Assembly (NCBI GenBank): GCA_900128395.1
Contig: LT649244.1
Span: forward strand, 47,611 to 67,610
Origin: Stramenopiles sp. TOSAG23-2
Lineage: Eukaryota
Direction of reading: 5' to 3'
Length of the DNA: 20,000 nucleotides
Both the position numbers and the translations under genes were made by a program. Under the pieces are notes generated by a model. That model was not told where the DNA came from. It was given only the letters and a program-made list of their open reading frames with translations, and ran no database searches. Positions 19,149-20,000 of this stretch are shown in pieces; within the stretch, counting starts at the first letter, position 1; the number at the start of each line of letters is the position of its first letter.

Positions 19149-19214
19149 CTTCTGATGTTGAACCATAATTATCACACACACTTCTGATGTTGTGAACCAT
19201 AATTATCACACACA
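19149..19214. repeat. Tandem duplication, 32 + 34 bp
   Basis: cttctgatgttgaaccataattatcacacaca followed by cttctgatgttgtgaaccataattatcacacaca (identical apart from a 2-nt indel). Confidence 0.95.
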
Positions 19215-19497
19215 TCCCATTCGCATCTGTCTTCTTCCTCTTCTTTAAAGACGTTGTCACTTGTATGCATATACATATATCCCATTTTTCAATTGTGTTT
19301 ATATATATATAGACAATATATAAAAAATAATTTTTTTTTCAAATTGCTGTAATAAAAAATATTTTTTTGAAAATATCTTCTTTTATGTATATCATATATG
19401 ATATCGCAATATGCATAATATATATATAAATATATACATCATACTGAAATCATCCGATAAATATCATATATATATATACGTACTATTAGAATTTTTC

Positions 19498-19950
19498 TTA
19501 TTTTGAAGAATTTGGATACATGTAAGCTTTGTAATTAACAAATCTACCAATGGTATTGCCATTACTGCTATTATATGCTTCTGGTACAGCACTTCTTGGG
19601 GTTGGCATTGGTGGTGAACTATAAGATGAAATATCAGGCTGTATGATATTTAAAACCATTTCACGCAATTTGTCAACATTTTCAATTGCATCCTTTTCAT
19701 CAACTTGAACACCTTCCGAATTCAATAAATTTACTAATTCACTACTTGAAAAAGTCGCAATTTCTTTTTTCATTTCTTCAAATGCATAGACATCTTCTTT
19801 AAACTGTTGTTCTGGTGTGAATCCAGTGGCATAATTGTCACCTTCTACATCAGCAAATTGATTTGAACTAGCATCATCTTCTTCTTCATCATCGAAATCT
19901 TGTACTTCTACGTTGTGTGTCGCCATCTGTTGTTGTTGTTCTTGTAGCAT
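19498..19950 (-). CDS. Acidic hypothetical protein (150 aa) with a possible SAP/LEM-like helix-extension-helix
   Basis: ATG-started ORF with protein-like composition (poly-Q, DDEEEDD). IATFSSSELVNLLNSEGVQVDEKDAIENVDKLREMV loosely resembles HeH motifs. Confidence 0.65.
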   Translation of the reverse strand: MLQEQQQQMATHNVEVQDFDDEEEDDASSNQFADVEGDNYATGFTPEQQFKEDVYAFEEMKKEIATFSSSELVNLLNSEGVQVDEKDAIENVDKLREMVLNIIQPDISSYSSPPMPTPRSAVPEAYNSSNGNTIGRFVNYKAYMYPNSSK

Positions 19951-19998
19951 GTGATTGGTTTATGTAACTTGAAATTAAATACACAAAATATAAACGTA
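19949..19998 (-). repeat. Right arm of ~50-bp inverted repeat; forms the immediate 5' leader of the 150-aa ORF
   Basis: Reverse complement tacgtttatattttgtgtatttaatttcaagttacataaaccaatcacat matches 18955-19004. May extend beyond the window. Confidence 0.95.
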
Positions 19999-20000
19999 AC

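Noticed and set aside
19149-19214. CRISPR-like repeat of ~32 bp
   Set aside because: Two adjacent copies with no spacer, eukaryotic context, no cas genes.

Overview
AT-rich, gene-dense eukaryotic DNA, probably a protist. This rests on Asn/acidic low-complexity tracts, short intergenic gaps, mostly intronless genes and one clear GT-AG spliceosomal intron; the lineage cannot be fixed from sequence alone. About ten genes: a 5'-truncated multi-EF-hand protein; a soluble fumarate reductase fused to a flavodoxin domain and ending in the PTS1-like tripeptide AKM; an aldo-keto reductase followed in-frame, 6 nt after its TGA, by an MKRN2OS-like ORF; an MFS transporter; a tail-less, probably mitochondrial topoisomerase II; a FIST + Lon-N-domain fusion; a Zim17/DNLZ zinc finger; a small spliced, secreted CxGGxC-repeat protein; and an acidic 150-aa ORF. 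Non-coding highlights are a ~50-bp inverted repeat about 1 kb apart at the right end, a GC-rich GCATTCC/GCTGGCC island, and TACG..CGTA palindromes in all four convergent intergenic gaps between well-supported genes. All domain calls come from motif recognition by eye, not from database searches.
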